64,000 nucleotides of DNA from NCBI GenBank assembly GCA_963782055.1, contig CAWAIF010000003.1:3008001-3072000 (forward strand), written 5' to 3'. Shown here piece after piece: positions 33,244 through 42,747 of the stretch. The first letter of the stretch is position 1, and each line of letters opens with the position of its first letter. The position numbers and the translations under genes are program-made. Under the pieces are notes generated by a model that searched no databases, had not been told where the DNA came from, and worked only from the letters and a program-made list of their open reading frames with translations. This DNA comes from an uncultured delta proteobacterium. Its GTDB lineage: Bacteria; Myxococcota_A; Polyangia; Polyangiales; Polyangiaceae.

Positions 33244-33451
33244 GAGGGTATAGTTACCACATGAGCCCACATCATACGACCCATAAGAAATGAATGATAT
33301 CAATCGTTTGCCAAAACACCGAGGGCGGAACGCCTCACCCTCCTCCCATCGGTCCCAGCCCCAGGCGTCGGATTGCTAGCATGCTTGCACTCCGACGAAT
33401 GAGCCGGAGACCGTTGGCCCCTCCCCCCCCACGCTCGCCGGCCGGGCGGCC

Positions 33452-34459
33452 TCAGAGGTGCTTGCGGGCGATGTCCGCCCAGGTGCCGTGCGGCTCGAGC
33501 TCCAGGTAGCGGCGCCAGTGCACGCGCGCCTTGCCGCGCTCCTCCAGCTGCTCGTACGCCATCGCCAGGTTGAAGTGGGCGTCGGCGAAGCGCGGGTCGC
33601 GGGAGAGGGCGTTCTCGAAGTGCTCGGCGGCGCCGGCGGCGTCGCCGCGCTCCAGCATCACGTAGCCCAGGTTGTAGTGGGCCTCCGGCTGGTGCTCGTC
33701 GATGGAGATGGCCTTGCGGTACGCCGCCTCGGCCCCGCGGTCGTCCCCGCGGCGGAAGAGGATGTTGCCCAGGTTGGTGTGCGCGATGGAGAGCTGCGGG
33801 TCGAGCTCCACCGACTTGCGGTACAGGGCCTCCGCCTCGTCGTAGGTGGAGGGGTCCTCGTCCAGCGTGCTGGCCCGCACGTACAGCTCGTAGGCGGTGC
33901 GCGCCTGGGCGGACGGGGTGTCCGGTCGCAGGACGCGCACGACGTCGCTGCGCAGCGCGCCCACGTCGAAGTCCATCACGAGCTGACCTGTCAACGGCTC
34001 GAACGCGCCCTCCTGGGCGCGCACCACCACGCGGCGGCCGTCGCTGACGATGCGCAGCTCGTGGAGCGGGCGCGTCACGCGGGGCAGCGTCTGCCGCAGG
34101 GCGCCGATGGCCCGCGCGACGTCGCGGATGCCCACGTCCTTGGACAGCATGAGCGTCGCGCGCAGGGCGATGAGATCCTGGAAGGTGTAGGCGCGGCGGC
34201 CGCTCTTCTCCCCCGACGGCGAGACGATCGCCTTGCGGTCGAGGGTCCGCAGCCGCGCCTCGGTCAGGCCGAGGAGCTTGGCCACCTCCCGGGCGGAGAA
34301 GAGGTCGGTCACCGGCTCGCGGGAGAGGGGCTCCGCCTCCGGCGCCGAATCGGGCGGGGGCGGCAGCCGGCCGCCGCCGGGGCCGAAGTGGACGTGGATG
34401 ACGTTGTCGTCTCCGCGCCCCTTGCGTTTGCTTTGCTTGGGCGTGCGCTTCTGGTTCAT
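33452..34459 (-). CDS. MerR-type HTH plus TPR-repeat protein
   Basis: FSAREVAKLLGLTEARLR...YTFQDLIALR; TPR motifs AHTNLGN, EAHYNLG, DAHFNLA. Confidence 0.87.
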   Translation of the reverse strand: MNQKRTPKQSKRKGRGDDNVIHVHFGPGGGRLPPPPDSAPEAEPLSREPVTDLFSAREVAKLLGLTEARLRTLDRKAIVSPSGEKSGRRAYTFQDLIALRATLMLSKDVGIRDVARAIGALRQTLPRVTRPLHELRIVSDGRRVVVRAQEGAFEPLTGQLVMDFDVGALRSDVVRVLRPDTPSAQARTAYELYVRASTLDEDPSTYDEAEALYRKSVELDPQLSIAHTNLGNILFRRGDDRGAEAAYRKAISIDEHQPEAHYNLGYVMLERGDAAGAAEHFENALSRDPRFADAHFNLAMAYEQLEERGKARVHWRRYLELEPHGTWADIARKHL

Positions 34460-34481
34460 CAGGAGAGGGGGGGCGCCGGCT

Positions 34482-34967
34482 TCAGGGACTGGACCGGGCG
34501 CGACGCCTCTCTATCAAAGGCGCCTGCACGTCGACGTCAATCCTCAACCCCTCCGGCGCCGGGAGGAAGCGCAGCTCGCAGGAAACGCGGCCCAGCGCGC
34601 GGGGTGCCCGGAGGCTCGCCTCGCGGTGCGCGAGACGGACCACCCGCGCGCGCACGTGCAGGTCGTGTCGGGCGACGGCGCAGAAGCGGGTGCGCTCCTC
34701 CTCCGGCACGCCGCCCAGGCGCAGGATGACGCTGGTGGAGCCGTACCAGACCCAGCCCGCGGCCTCCTGGAGAGCCTTGCCCTCCGTCATGACGTCGGCG
34801 CGCTCGAGCAGCTCGCGCAGGCGGCCGTCGACCGCGCGCGCGACCTGAAGGCGACGCGCCTGCACGAGCGGCGGGCGAGGTGCCTTGCGCAACCCCGGTC
34901 GCGCGCGGGCGGGGGCTGTGGACAAACCGGGGCTCTCGGGGGGAGGGCCCCCGGTCTTGGCGCTCAT
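34482..34967 (-). CDS. Hypothetical protein
   Basis: Fills the gap co-oriented with the MerR-TPR gene; folded-looking C-terminal part (WYGSTSVIL...LRIDVDVQAPLIE). Confidence 0.55.
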   Translation of the reverse strand: MSAKTGGPPPESPGLSTAPARARPGLRKAPRPPLVQARRLQVARAVDGRLRELLERADVMTEGKALQEAAGWVWYGSTSVILRLGGVPEEERTRFCAVARHDLHVRARVVRLAHREASLRAPRALGRVSCELRFLPAPEGLRIDVDVQAPLIERRRARSSP

Positions 34968-35046
34968 GCGAAGGTGATCGTGCCTGGGTTCGGGACGCGG
35001 GCGCAAGTTTCGGCGATCGGATACGCTCGCCGGCGCGAGGTGCGTC

Positions 35047-35697
35047 ATGGCGTCGAAGAAGAAGAGCGCGAAGGCCGCGGCAAAGAAGGGGGCGACGAAG
35101 AGCCCGAGGGCGAGCGTCAGCGCGCGCGCGAAGGGGAAGGCGAAGACGAAGCCGAGCACGAAGAAGCGCGCGGTCGCGAAGAAGCCGAGCACGAAGAAGC
35201 GCGCGGTCGCGAAGAAGCCGAGCGCGAAGAAGCCGAGCGCGAGCGCGGCGAAGGCGGCGGCGCCGGCGCCGGTGAGGAAGGCGCCGGGGCTGGAGCTCGC
35301 CACCATCGTGCAGGAGGAGACGTTCGACGCGCCCCCCGACCTCATCTACGCGGTCTACGTCGACGGACAGAAGCACGAGGAGTTCACCGGTTCGCCGGCG
35401 ACGAGCGAGCCGTACGAGGGCGGGCGCTTCACGGCGTGGGAGGGCTACATCGAGGGGACGCACGAGAAGCTGGTGCCCGGGCGGCGCATCGTGCAGGCCT
35501 GGCGGGCTTCGGACTTCCCGCCCGGCCATCCGGCGTCGCGGCTGGAGCTGGAGCTGGAGCCGCAGGCGGGCAACCCCAACCGCACGCGGCTGCGGCTGAC
35601 GCACAGCGGGGTGCCGAAGCGCCAGGCGAAGGAGTACGAGGCGGGGTGGGTGGAATACTACTGGGAGCCCCTGCGCGAGTTCCTGCGCCGCCGCTGA
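35047..35697 (+). CDS. SRPBCC/AHSA1-domain protein with a histone H1-like K/A-rich N-terminus
   Basis: GGRFTAWEGYIEG, LVPGRRIVQAWR, LTHSGVP, GWVEYYWEPL; KKPSTKKRAVA repeats. Confidence 0.85.
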   Translation: MASKKKSAKAAAKKGATKSPRASVSARAKGKAKTKPSTKKRAVAKKPSTKKRAVAKKPSAKKPSASAAKAAAPAPVRKAPGLELATIVQEETFDAPPDLIYAVYVDGQKHEEFTGSPATSEPYEGGRFTAWEGYIEGTHEKLVPGRRIVQAWRASDFPPGHPASRLELELEPQAGNPNRTRLRLTHSGVPKRQAKEYEAGWVEYYWEPLREFLRRR

Positions 35698-35723
35698 CCA
35701 AACCCGACGCTACCCTCGGGCGT

Positions 35724-36407
35724 TCACATCGCTCGCAGCGGCACGAGGATGGGCTCCACCATGAGGCCGCTGGGAGTGCTCTCGATCCAGGTGGCGTGAG
35801 CGACCTTCGGCGCGTCGCGCGGGTTCTCCAGGCCGTCCGGGGCCTCGCCCACGCTGCCCACGTTGATGATCCGGACGTCGGCCACCTCGCGGTCGAAGGG
35901 GGTGTGGCTCATGCCGCAGACCACCACGTCCGCCGGGTCGTCGGCCATCAGGGCGAGGAGCTCCTCGTCGGTCATGTCGAAGGTCATCGCCTCGGAGGGA
36001 TCGGCGGGAGAGCCGTGGACGAGCACCAGCTCGCCGCCATCCTCCAGCGGGATGCGCACCTGCGGCGGAAGGCGGCGCAGCCGCTCGATGACCAGCTCCC
36101 CCAGCTCGGTGGAGACCGTCTTCATCCGCTCCACCATGGTGCGCTCGTGCTCGCTGGACACCGCGATGTGCTCCGGCTCCAGCGTGGCCAGCGCGCGGTC
36201 GGTCACGCCCTGCACCATGACCGCGCCCGCGGCGGTGAGACGCCGCCAGACCTCCAGCGGCCTGGCCGCGCTGGCGTCGGCCGCGCCGGGGAAGACGATG
36301 TCTCCGGCGACGAGCAGCTTGTTGAAGGATCGCTTCTCCGCCGTGGCGAGGACGGCGGTGAGCGCGTCCAGGTTGCCGTGTACGTCGGAGAGGCAGAGCA
36401 TTCGCAT
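35724..36407 (-). CDS. Metallophosphoesterase-fold protein with degenerate motifs
   Basis: SDVHGN, AGDIV, VHGSP and INVGSVG are present; GNHD reads GVTD and GHTH reads GMSH. Confidence 0.82.
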   Translation of the reverse strand: MRMLCLSDVHGNLDALTAVLATAEKRSFNKLLVAGDIVFPGAADASAARPLEVWRRLTAAGAVMVQGVTDRALATLEPEHIAVSSEHERTMVERMKTVSTELGELVIERLRRLPPQVRIPLEDGGELVLVHGSPADPSEAMTFDMTDEELLALMADDPADVVVCGMSHTPFDREVADVRIINVGSVGEAPDGLENPRDAPKVAHATWIESTPSGLMVEPILVPLRAM

Positions 36408-36418
36408 GGGTGCGCAGC

Positions 36419-37252
36419 CTACCTCACTCGGTCCGCGTGTGCCGCCGCGTCGACGCCCTCGCGCAGCTCACGGACGAGCCGGGTCACCGCCGCCACGCGC
36501 GCCGTCAGAGTGGTTGCATTCTGCACGCATCGCACCAGGGCCGTCCCCACGATGACGCCGTCGGCGTGCGCGGCGGCCGCGCGCGCCCGCTCCCGCCCGT
36601 CGACGCCGAAGCCCACCAGCACCGGCGCGCCCAGCGCCTCGCGCAGCTCCCCCGCCCGGGCGCTCGCCGCCGCCAGCGGGGCCGCCGCGCTGCCCGTCAC
36701 GCCCGTCAGCGACACGTAGTAGACGAAGCCGGGGTCGCACGCGGCGATGGCCTCGCGCGTCCGCTCCACCCGCGGCGCGGCGCTCGTCGGGGTCAGCAGC
36801 GGCAACACGGAGAGCCCGTCCTCCTTCGCCAGCGCGCGCAGGGGCCCCGCCTCCTCCACCGGCAGGTCCACCACCAGCAGGCCGTCCACGCCGGCGCGCT
36901 TCGCCTCCGCCACCACGCGCGCCTCGCCGTGGACGAAGATGGGGTTGTAGTAGCCGAACAAGACGATGGGCGTGTCGGTCCGCGCGCGCACCGCCGCCGC
37001 CGCCCGCAGCGTCGCCGCGAGGCCGCCGCCGCGCTCCAGCGCGCGCTGGCTCGCGGCGGCGATGACCGGGCCGTCGGCCGTGGGATCGCTGAAGGGCACG
37101 CCGAGCTCCAGCACGTCAGCGCCCGCCGCCGCGCAGGCCAGCGCGAACTCCGCCGACTCCTCCACGCTCGGGTCCCCCACGCACAGGTACGCGACCAGCG
37201 CCTTCTTCTTCGCCGCGCGGAGCGCCGCCAGCTTCTCGTCAAGGCGCGACAC
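36419..37252 (-). CDS. trpA: Tryptophan synthase alpha chain
   Basis: [44 protein letters not shown]. Confidence 0.97.
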   Translation of the reverse strand: MSRLDEKLAALRAAKKKALVAYLCVGDPSVEESAEFALACAAAGADVLELGVPFSDPTADGPVIAAASQRALERGGGLAATLRAAAAVRARTDTPIVLFGYYNPIFVHGEARVVAEAKRAGVDGLLVVDLPVEEAGPLRALAKEDGLSVLPLLTPTSAAPRVERTREAIAACDPGFVYYVSLTGVTGSAAAPLAAASARAGELREALGAPVLVGFGVDGRERARAAAAHADGVIVGTALVRCVQNATTLTARVAAVTRLVRELREGVDAAAHADRVR

Positions 37253-38462
37253 GGCTCGCCTCGCGCAGGTAGGTGTCCAGGTCCTTGTCGCCGCGGCCGG
37301 AGAGACAGAGCGCGACGTGCACCGCGCGCCCGCGCCGCTCCGCTTCTCGCGCGGCGACGTCCGCCACCCGCGCGAAGGCGTGGGCCGTCTCCAGCGCCGG
37401 GAGGATGCCCTCGGTGCGGGCGCAGAGCACGCCGGCCCGGAGGGCCTCCTCGTCGGTCGCCGAGAGGTACGTCGCGCGGCCGGACTCCTTGAGGAAGGCG
37501 TGCTCCGGGCCGACGCCGGGGTAGTCCAGGCCGGCGCTGATGGAGTGCGCCTCCTGGATCTGCCCGCCCTCGTCGCACAGGACGTACGAGCGCGATCCGT
37601 GGAGCACGCCCACGCGCCCTGCGCCGAGGGTGGCGGCGTGCTTGCCCGTCGCGATGCCTGCGCCCGCGGCCTCCACGCCGTAGAGCGCCACCTCCGGGTC
37701 GCCGAGGAAGGCGCGGAACATGCCGATGGCGTTGGAGCCGCCGCCCACGCAGGCGACGACCGCGTCGGGCAGGGCGCCGTGCGAGGCGAGGAGCTGGGCG
37801 CGCGCCTCGTCGCCGATGACGCGCTGGAGCGTGGCGACGAGCTCGGGGTACGGGTCCGGCCCGGCGGCGCTCCCCAGGCAGTAGTAGGTGGTCGCGACGT
37901 TCGTCACCCAGGCGCGCAGCGCCTCGTTCATCGCGTCCTTCAGGGTGCGCGAGCCGCTCGTCACCGGGATCACCTTCGCCCCGAGCAGGCGCATGCGGCC
38001 GACGTTGGGCGCCTGCCTCGCCAGGTCCAGCTCGCCCATGTACACCTCGCACGGCAGGCCGAGCAGCGCGCACGCGGTGGCCGTGGCCACGCCGTGCTGA
38101 CCCGCGCCCGTCTCGGCGATGACGCGCGCCTTGCCCATCTTCTTCGCCAGCAGCGCCTGGCCGAGGGCGTTGTTGATCTTGTGCGCGCCGGTGTGGTTGA
38201 GGTCCTCCCGCTTCAGCCACAGCGACGCGAGCGTAGCGCGTGACGCGTCGATCGCCGCGGCCAGGCGCCCGGCGCGGGAGAGCGCCGACGGCCGCCCGAC
38301 GTAGCTCGTTAGCAGGCCCCGCCACTCCTGCTGGAAGGCCTCCCCCAGGACAATCTCCCGGTGCGCCGCCGCCAGCTCCTCCAGCGCGGGCACCAGCGTC
38401 TCGCTGACGAAGCGCCCGCCGAAGGCGCCGAAGTAGCCGGGCCGTGAAGCGCGCTCCTGCAT
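37239..38462 (-). CDS. trpB: Tryptophan synthase beta chain
   Basis: [54 protein letters not shown]. Confidence 0.98.
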   Translation of the reverse strand: MQERASRPGYFGAFGGRFVSETLVPALEELAAAHREIVLGEAFQQEWRGLLTSYVGRPSALSRAGRLAAAIDASRATLASLWLKREDLNHTGAHKINNALGQALLAKKMGKARVIAETGAGQHGVATATACALLGLPCEVYMGELDLARQAPNVGRMRLLGAKVIPVTSGSRTLKDAMNEALRAWVTNVATTYYCLGSAAGPDPYPELVATLQRVIGDEARAQLLASHGALPDAVVACVGGGSNAIGMFRAFLGDPEVALYGVEAAGAGIATGKHAATLGAGRVGVLHGSRSYVLCDEGGQIQEAHSISAGLDYPGVGPEHAFLKESGRATYLSATDEEALRAGVLCARTEGILPALETAHAFARVADVAAREAERRGRAVHVALCLSGRGDKDLDTYLREASRVAP

Positions 38463-38467
38463 GGCGA

Positions 38468-39490
38468 CTACTTCTTGGGATGCGCGGTGAAGAAGTCCAG
38501 CACTTCCTGCCCCCACACGAAGGCCGTCGGGGGCTTGCAGGCGAGCTGGTCCCACACGGTGCTGGTGGCCGGCGTCGCGCCCGGCACGCAGTGCCCGGCG
38601 TTCGCCGCGAGCGCGCCCTGCGGGTCGGTGGTGTAGTCCTCGGTGAAGAAGTCGAGGGTCGTGCCGTCGCCCGCGGTGTAGCGATCGTGCGTGTAGTGAC
38701 CGTCACCGGCGATGGTCTGCTTGCTGGAGAGCGCCCACGCGGCGACGACCGCGTCGCGCTCGGCGGTGGAGCACGCGTAGGGCACCAGGGCGTCCTTCTG
38801 CGCGGCGAGGTAGAGCAGCGGCAGCTCGCGCGAGGGCTCGCCCTGCGCCGTGAAGGGGCAGCTCCCGTTGAAGTTGCCGTTCGGACACTTGTCGCTGCCG
38901 GCGAGCGCGGGCGCTGCGGAGGCGAAGAGGTCGGCGTGCTCGCACACCAGCCGCCAGGTCATGTACCCGCCCTGCGAGAGGCCGGTCACGTGGACGCGCG
39001 CGGTGTCGGCGCCCCAGACCTTCACCACCTGCATGAGCGCGTCGTAGACGGCGGCGTCGTCGGAGTCCTCCCACATCGGCCCGTAGGGCGAGCGGTCAGC
39101 CGGCGCGGTGGGCTGCACGACGACGTAGCCGGCCGCGCCGCCCTTCGCGCGCAGGTCGGTCATCGCGTCCTCCAGGTCGGCGTTCATGTACAGGCCGTGG
39201 ATGTCCAAAATGACGCCGCAGGCCGTCGTCGCGCACGCCGCCGGCGCGCTCACCGTGACCGAGACGCCCGGGCACGCGTAGGTGTGCGTCCCGGTCTCCC
39301 TCGCGGTGATGCACGAGGCGGTCGAGCCGTCGACGCCGGACTCGCCGGTGGTGCCCCCGTCGGCGGTCTGCGACGCGTCCCCACCGGCCGAGCCGTCCGG
39401 CCCGCCCCCCGTCGCGGGGGAGCTCCCGCACGCGGCGAGGACGAGGGCGCAGGCGATCGGCGGCGAGGCGTACTTCAAGGCGGACAGCAT
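38468..39490 (-). CDS. Lipoprotein esterase, LpqC/PHB-depolymerase-like alpha/beta hydrolase
   Basis: LAAC lipobox; [40 protein letters not shown]. Confidence 0.75.
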   Translation of the reverse strand: MLSALKYASPPIACALVLAACGSSPATGGGPDGSAGGDASQTADGGTTGESGVDGSTASCITARETGTHTYACPGVSVTVSAPAACATTACGVILDIHGLYMNADLEDAMTDLRAKGGAAGYVVVQPTAPADRSPYGPMWEDSDDAAVYDALMQVVKVWGADTARVHVTGLSQGGYMTWRLVCEHADLFASAAPALAGSDKCPNGNFNGSCPFTAQGEPSRELPLLYLAAQKDALVPYACSTAERDAVVAAWALSSKQTIAGDGHYTHDRYTAGDGTTLDFFTEDYTTDPQGALAANAGHCVPGATPATSTVWDQLACKPPTAFVWGQEVLDFFTAHPKK

Positions 39491-39553
39491 GGATCACATC
39501 CCTCTCGGGGTTGAATGGCCCGGCCCGCGGGGGCACCGGATGAGAGCGAACCG

Positions 39554-40012
39554 ATGAGACTTTCCCTCGTGCTCGCCGCGTCTCTCGTCCTGGCGCTGCC
39601 GGCCCTCGCCCGGGCCGACGGCGATCTGCGCGCCCGGACGGGCGCGACGCTCGCCACGATGAAGGGCGACGCCCAGCGCATCGCCTCCATGCTGGCGCAG
39701 GCGCGCCGCGGCGGCACGCCGGAGCAGCGCCGGTGCCTCGACCTCGCGCTCAGCGAGGCGGACGCCGCGGTGCGCACCGGGAGCGACGACGTGACGGCCG
39801 CGCGCGCCGCGGCGAAGGCCCGCGACAAGGCCGCCGCCTCCCGGGCGATGGCGAGCCTCGCGGTGAAGCGCGCCGCCGCTCGCGCGGCGGTCTTCGCCGC
39901 CGACGCCTGCGTCGCGCCGCCGGGCGCCGTCGTGGGGCCGCGCGACGCGACGGTGGTGCGCGTCTTCGTGGACCCGAACCTCCCGCCCGACTCCGCCCTC
40001 TTCGGTCACTGA
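39554..40012 (+). CDS. Secreted helical hypothetical protein
   Basis: MRLSLVLAASLVLALPALARA signal peptide; Ala-rich helices with two Cys. Confidence 0.6.
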   Translation: MRLSLVLAASLVLALPALARADGDLRARTGATLATMKGDAQRIASMLAQARRGGTPEQRRCLDLALSEADAAVRTGSDDVTAARAAAKARDKAAASRAMASLAVKRAAARAAVFAADACVAPPGAVVGPRDATVVRVFVDPNLPPDSALFGH

Positions 40013-40090
40013 CGGCTCCTGTCGATTCTCGCCCACCGCGACCTCGGTCGGCTTGGTGATGTCGACAATCGCCACGCCCCGCCTCCTGCC

Positions 40091-40651
40091 TCAGCGCCCG
40101 CCGGAGCGGCGCGCGCGCTTCTTGCCGCCCTCGACGCTCTTCTTCAGCTCGGCCAGCTCGCGCCGCAGCTCGGCGATGTCCGACTGCGACGAGGGCGCGT
40201 CCGGCACGGGGGAGGGAGGCGGCTGCGGGTTCCACGGCACCGGCGCGCGATCCACCCCGGACGACCCGAGCAGCAGCCGCGCGAGCGCGCCGCCCACGTC
40301 GAAGGGCATCTGCGCGAAGGGGCTCACGCTCGCCGCGCGCTGCTTGACGGCGAAGTACACCTCCAGCGCCCAGGTCATGTAGCGGCCGTAGAACTCGGCC
40401 AGCGCGTCGTCCCCCATCCGCACGAGCTGCAGCAGGAGCGGCACCGGCAGGAGGTGGGCGCGGTTGCCCTCGATGAGGAGCTGCACCAGCGTCGGCTGGG
40501 TGAGGTCGTCCTCCGTCTTGGCGTCCAGCACGCGCACGTCGCGGCCGCCGCGCACGCGCTCGGCGAGCTCCTCCATGGTGATGTACCGGCTCTCCTCCGT
40601 GTCGTAGAGGCGGCGGTTCGGGTATTTCTTGACGGTCAGAACGGGGCCCAC
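40091..40651 (-). CDS. phaR: Polyhydroxyalkanoate synthesis repressor, PhaR-like
   Basis: VKKYPNRRLYDTEESRYIT...DAKTEDDLT..TL.Q DNA-binding domain; LPVPLLLQLVR; GTG 40651 after an AAGGA RBS. Confidence 0.9.
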   Translation of the reverse strand: MGPVLTVKKYPNRRLYDTEESRYITMEELAERVRGGRDVRVLDAKTEDDLTQPTLVQLLIEGNRAHLLPVPLLLQLVRMGDDALAEFYGRYMTWALEVYFAVKQRAASVSPFAQMPFDVGGALARLLLGSSGVDRAPVPWNPQPPPSPVPDAPSSQSDIAELRRELAELKKSVEGGKKRARRSGGR

Positions 40652-40674
40652 GGCGGTCCTTGTAGCGCGCGGCT

Positions 40675-40747
40675 GGTTGCACTGCAACAAATCCTATGTT
40701 GCGCCGCACCAATTTTCCTTGACGACCTCCGGGGCCGCGGGTAGGTT
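40675..40747. promoter_or_regulatory. Two PhaR-type boxes plus the sigma70 promoter of the PHA operon
   Basis: GGTTGCACTGCAACA 40675-40689; TGTTGCGCCGCACCA 40697-40711; TTGACG(40719-40724)-N17-TAGGTT(40742-40747). Confidence 0.8.
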
Positions 40748-40795
40748 CCGCGTCGCCTCGCGGGCGGTGCCGCGTCCGGGGGCGGAGGAGTCGTC

Positions 40796-41746
40796 ATGCA
40801 ACACGCGCGGATGGGGGCCTTGGTCGCGGTGCTCGGCGCCGCATGCGTGGTCGCCGCGGGGTGCTCCAGCGCGCCGGCGGTCACGTGCAACGCGGGCGCG
40901 GACTGCGCGTCCGGCGTCTGCAACTCCGACGGCCGGTGCGCCCCGGTCACGAGCCCGGGCGACGACGCAGGCAACCCTGGCGACGACGGTGGCGCCGGGG
41001 ACGCCTCGCCGGGCGGCGACGCCGCGTCGGACGCGAAGGTCCCCGGCTGCACGCCCAACCAGGACGGCACCATCGAGGCCGCGGAGGTCCCGCTCCAGGC
41101 CGGGCTGCACGCGACCTTCCGCACCGCCACCAGCGCCACGGTGGACACCGCCGGCAAGGCGGGGCAGGGCGGCGCGCGCGACTGGGACTTCTCCGGCGCG
41201 CTGTCCGGCGATCAGGACGTCGGCGTGGATACCCTCTCCCCCGGTGGCGCGTGGTACGCGCAGAGCTTTTCCGGCGCGACGTACGCGGCCCGCCTCTCGT
41301 CGACCTCCGACCTGCTCGGCGTCTTTCGCGTGGGCGGCAACCAGCTCGCCCTGCAGGGCGTCGTCTCCCCGGCGAGCGGCGTGACCCAGACCAACGTGGC
41401 CTACCAGCCGGAGGCCGTGGCGATGCAGTTCCCCCTCAAGATGGGCAGCGCGTGGAACAGCACGTCCACCGTCTCCGGCACGGCGAACGGCGTCGCCGTC
41501 TACTACACCGAGGCGTACGACTCGCAGGTCGACGCCCACGGCAGCCTGAAGGTCCCCTTTGGCACCTTCCAGGTGCTGCGCGTGCGCACGGTGCTCACGC
41601 GCACGGTCGGCGTGGTGGCCACCGTCGCGCGCACCTTCGCCTTCGTCACCGAGTGCTTCGGCACCGTGGCCACCGTCACCTCGCAGCCCAACGAGCCCAA
41701 CGTGGAGTTCACGAGCGCCGCGGAGATCCAGCGGCTCGCGCCATGA
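40796..41746 (+). CDS. Beta-rich lipoprotein (paralogue of 44297-45145)
   Basis: GGAGGAG RBS; AAGC lipobox; CTPNQDGTI, WDFSG, WYAQSFSGAT, F..ECFG, FTSAAEIQRL. Confidence 0.82.
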   Translation: MQHARMGALVAVLGAACVVAAGCSSAPAVTCNAGADCASGVCNSDGRCAPVTSPGDDAGNPGDDGGAGDASPGGDAASDAKVPGCTPNQDGTIEAAEVPLQAGLHATFRTATSATVDTAGKAGQGGARDWDFSGALSGDQDVGVDTLSPGGAWYAQSFSGATYAARLSSTSDLLGVFRVGGNQLALQGVVSPASGVTQTNVAYQPEAVAMQFPLKMGSAWNSTSTVSGTANGVAVYYTEAYDSQVDAHGSLKVPFGTFQVLRVRTVLTRTVGVVATVARTFAFVTECFGTVATVTSQPNEPNVEFTSAAEIQRLAP

Positions 41747-42747
41747 TCCGCGGCAGGCTCCTGCTCATCCTCATCATGCTGATGCCGCTCCTCGCAGGCT
41801 GCTTCTCCTTCCACACCGGCGCGATGCCCGGCGAACCGAAGGACGCCACCTTCGCGCGCGTCCACGGCGTGCGCGTCCGCTACGTCGACCGCGGCACCGG
41901 CCCCGCGGTCGTGCTCGTCCACGGCTTCGCCTCCTCGCTCGACGCGTGGAAGGACCTGATGCCGGTGCTGGAGGCGAAGGGCTTCCGCGTCATCGCGCTC
42001 GACCTCAAGGGCTTCGGCTGGACCGACAGGCCCCAGGGCGACTACTCCCCGGTGGCCCAGGCGCGCCTGGTCTTCGGGTTGCTCGACCAGCGGGGCGTCC
42101 GGCGCGCGGCGGTGGTCGCGCACTCCTGGGGCTCCTCGGTCGCCCTCGCTGCTGCACTGCAACATCCGGAGCGCATCACGCGCCTCGCCCTCTACGACGC
42201 GTGGGTCTACGAGGAGCAGCTCCCCACCTTCTTCCACTGGGCGCGCGCCGATGGCCTGGGCGAGATGATGTTCGCCCTCTGGTACAAGGAGCGCCCGGGC
42301 GACAAGATGGCGCAGGCCTTCTACGATCCGAGCCTCATCACCGAGGCGTTCGTCGAGCAGGTGGAGGCCGCCCTCGACCGGCCGGGCACCGTCGCCGCGG
42401 CGCTCGCGGCGGTGCGCGGGCAGCGCTACGCCGAGGTCCAGCGGCGCTACCACACCATCAAGCAGCCGACGCTGCTGCTCTGGGGGCGAGAGGACCGCGT
42501 CACCTCCCTGCGCTACGGCGAGCGGCTGGAGAGCGAGCTGCCCGACGCGCACCTCGTCGTCTACCCGCGCTGCGGCCACTTCCCGATGATCGAGGCGAAG
42601 GCGGCGTCGACGCGCGACGTGGTGGACTTCCTCGCCGCCGACCTGCCGGCGCGGACCGCCGCGGCGTCTCCGCCGCCCGCGCCTCCCCCGCCCGCGGCGA
42701 CGGGTGCGGCCGCCTCCCCGACCGCCGGCGCGACGGACGGCGAGTGA
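41743..42747 (+). CDS. Lipoprotein alpha/beta hydrolase (lipase/esterase)
   Basis: ATGA overlap; LAGC lipobox; VHGF, DLKGFG, AHSWGS (Ser), WGRED (Asp), GHFP (His). Confidence 0.88.
   Translation: MIRGRLLLILIMLMPLLAGCFSFHTGAMPGEPKDATFARVHGVRVRYVDRGTGPAVVLVHGFASSLDAWKDLMPVLEAKGFRVIALDLKGFGWTDRPQGDYSPVAQARLVFGLLDQRGVRRAAVVAHSWGSSVALAAALQHPERITRLALYDAWVYEEQLPTFFHWARADGLGEMMFALWYKERPGDKMAQAFYDPSLITEAFVEQVEAALDRPGTVAAALAAVRGQRYAEVQRRYHTIKQPTLLLWGREDRVTSLRYGERLESELPDAHLVVYPRCGHFPMIEAKAASTRDVVDFLAADLPARTAAASPPPAPPPPAATGAAASPTAGATDGE

Noticed and set aside
36512..36530. TGCATTCTGCA in trpA as another PhaR box
   Set aside because: Spacing is N5 rather than N3 and the flanks do not match.
40796..40803. 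ATGCAACA at the first operon start as a PhaR box
   Set aside because: Only a half-site; the left TGC arm is absent.
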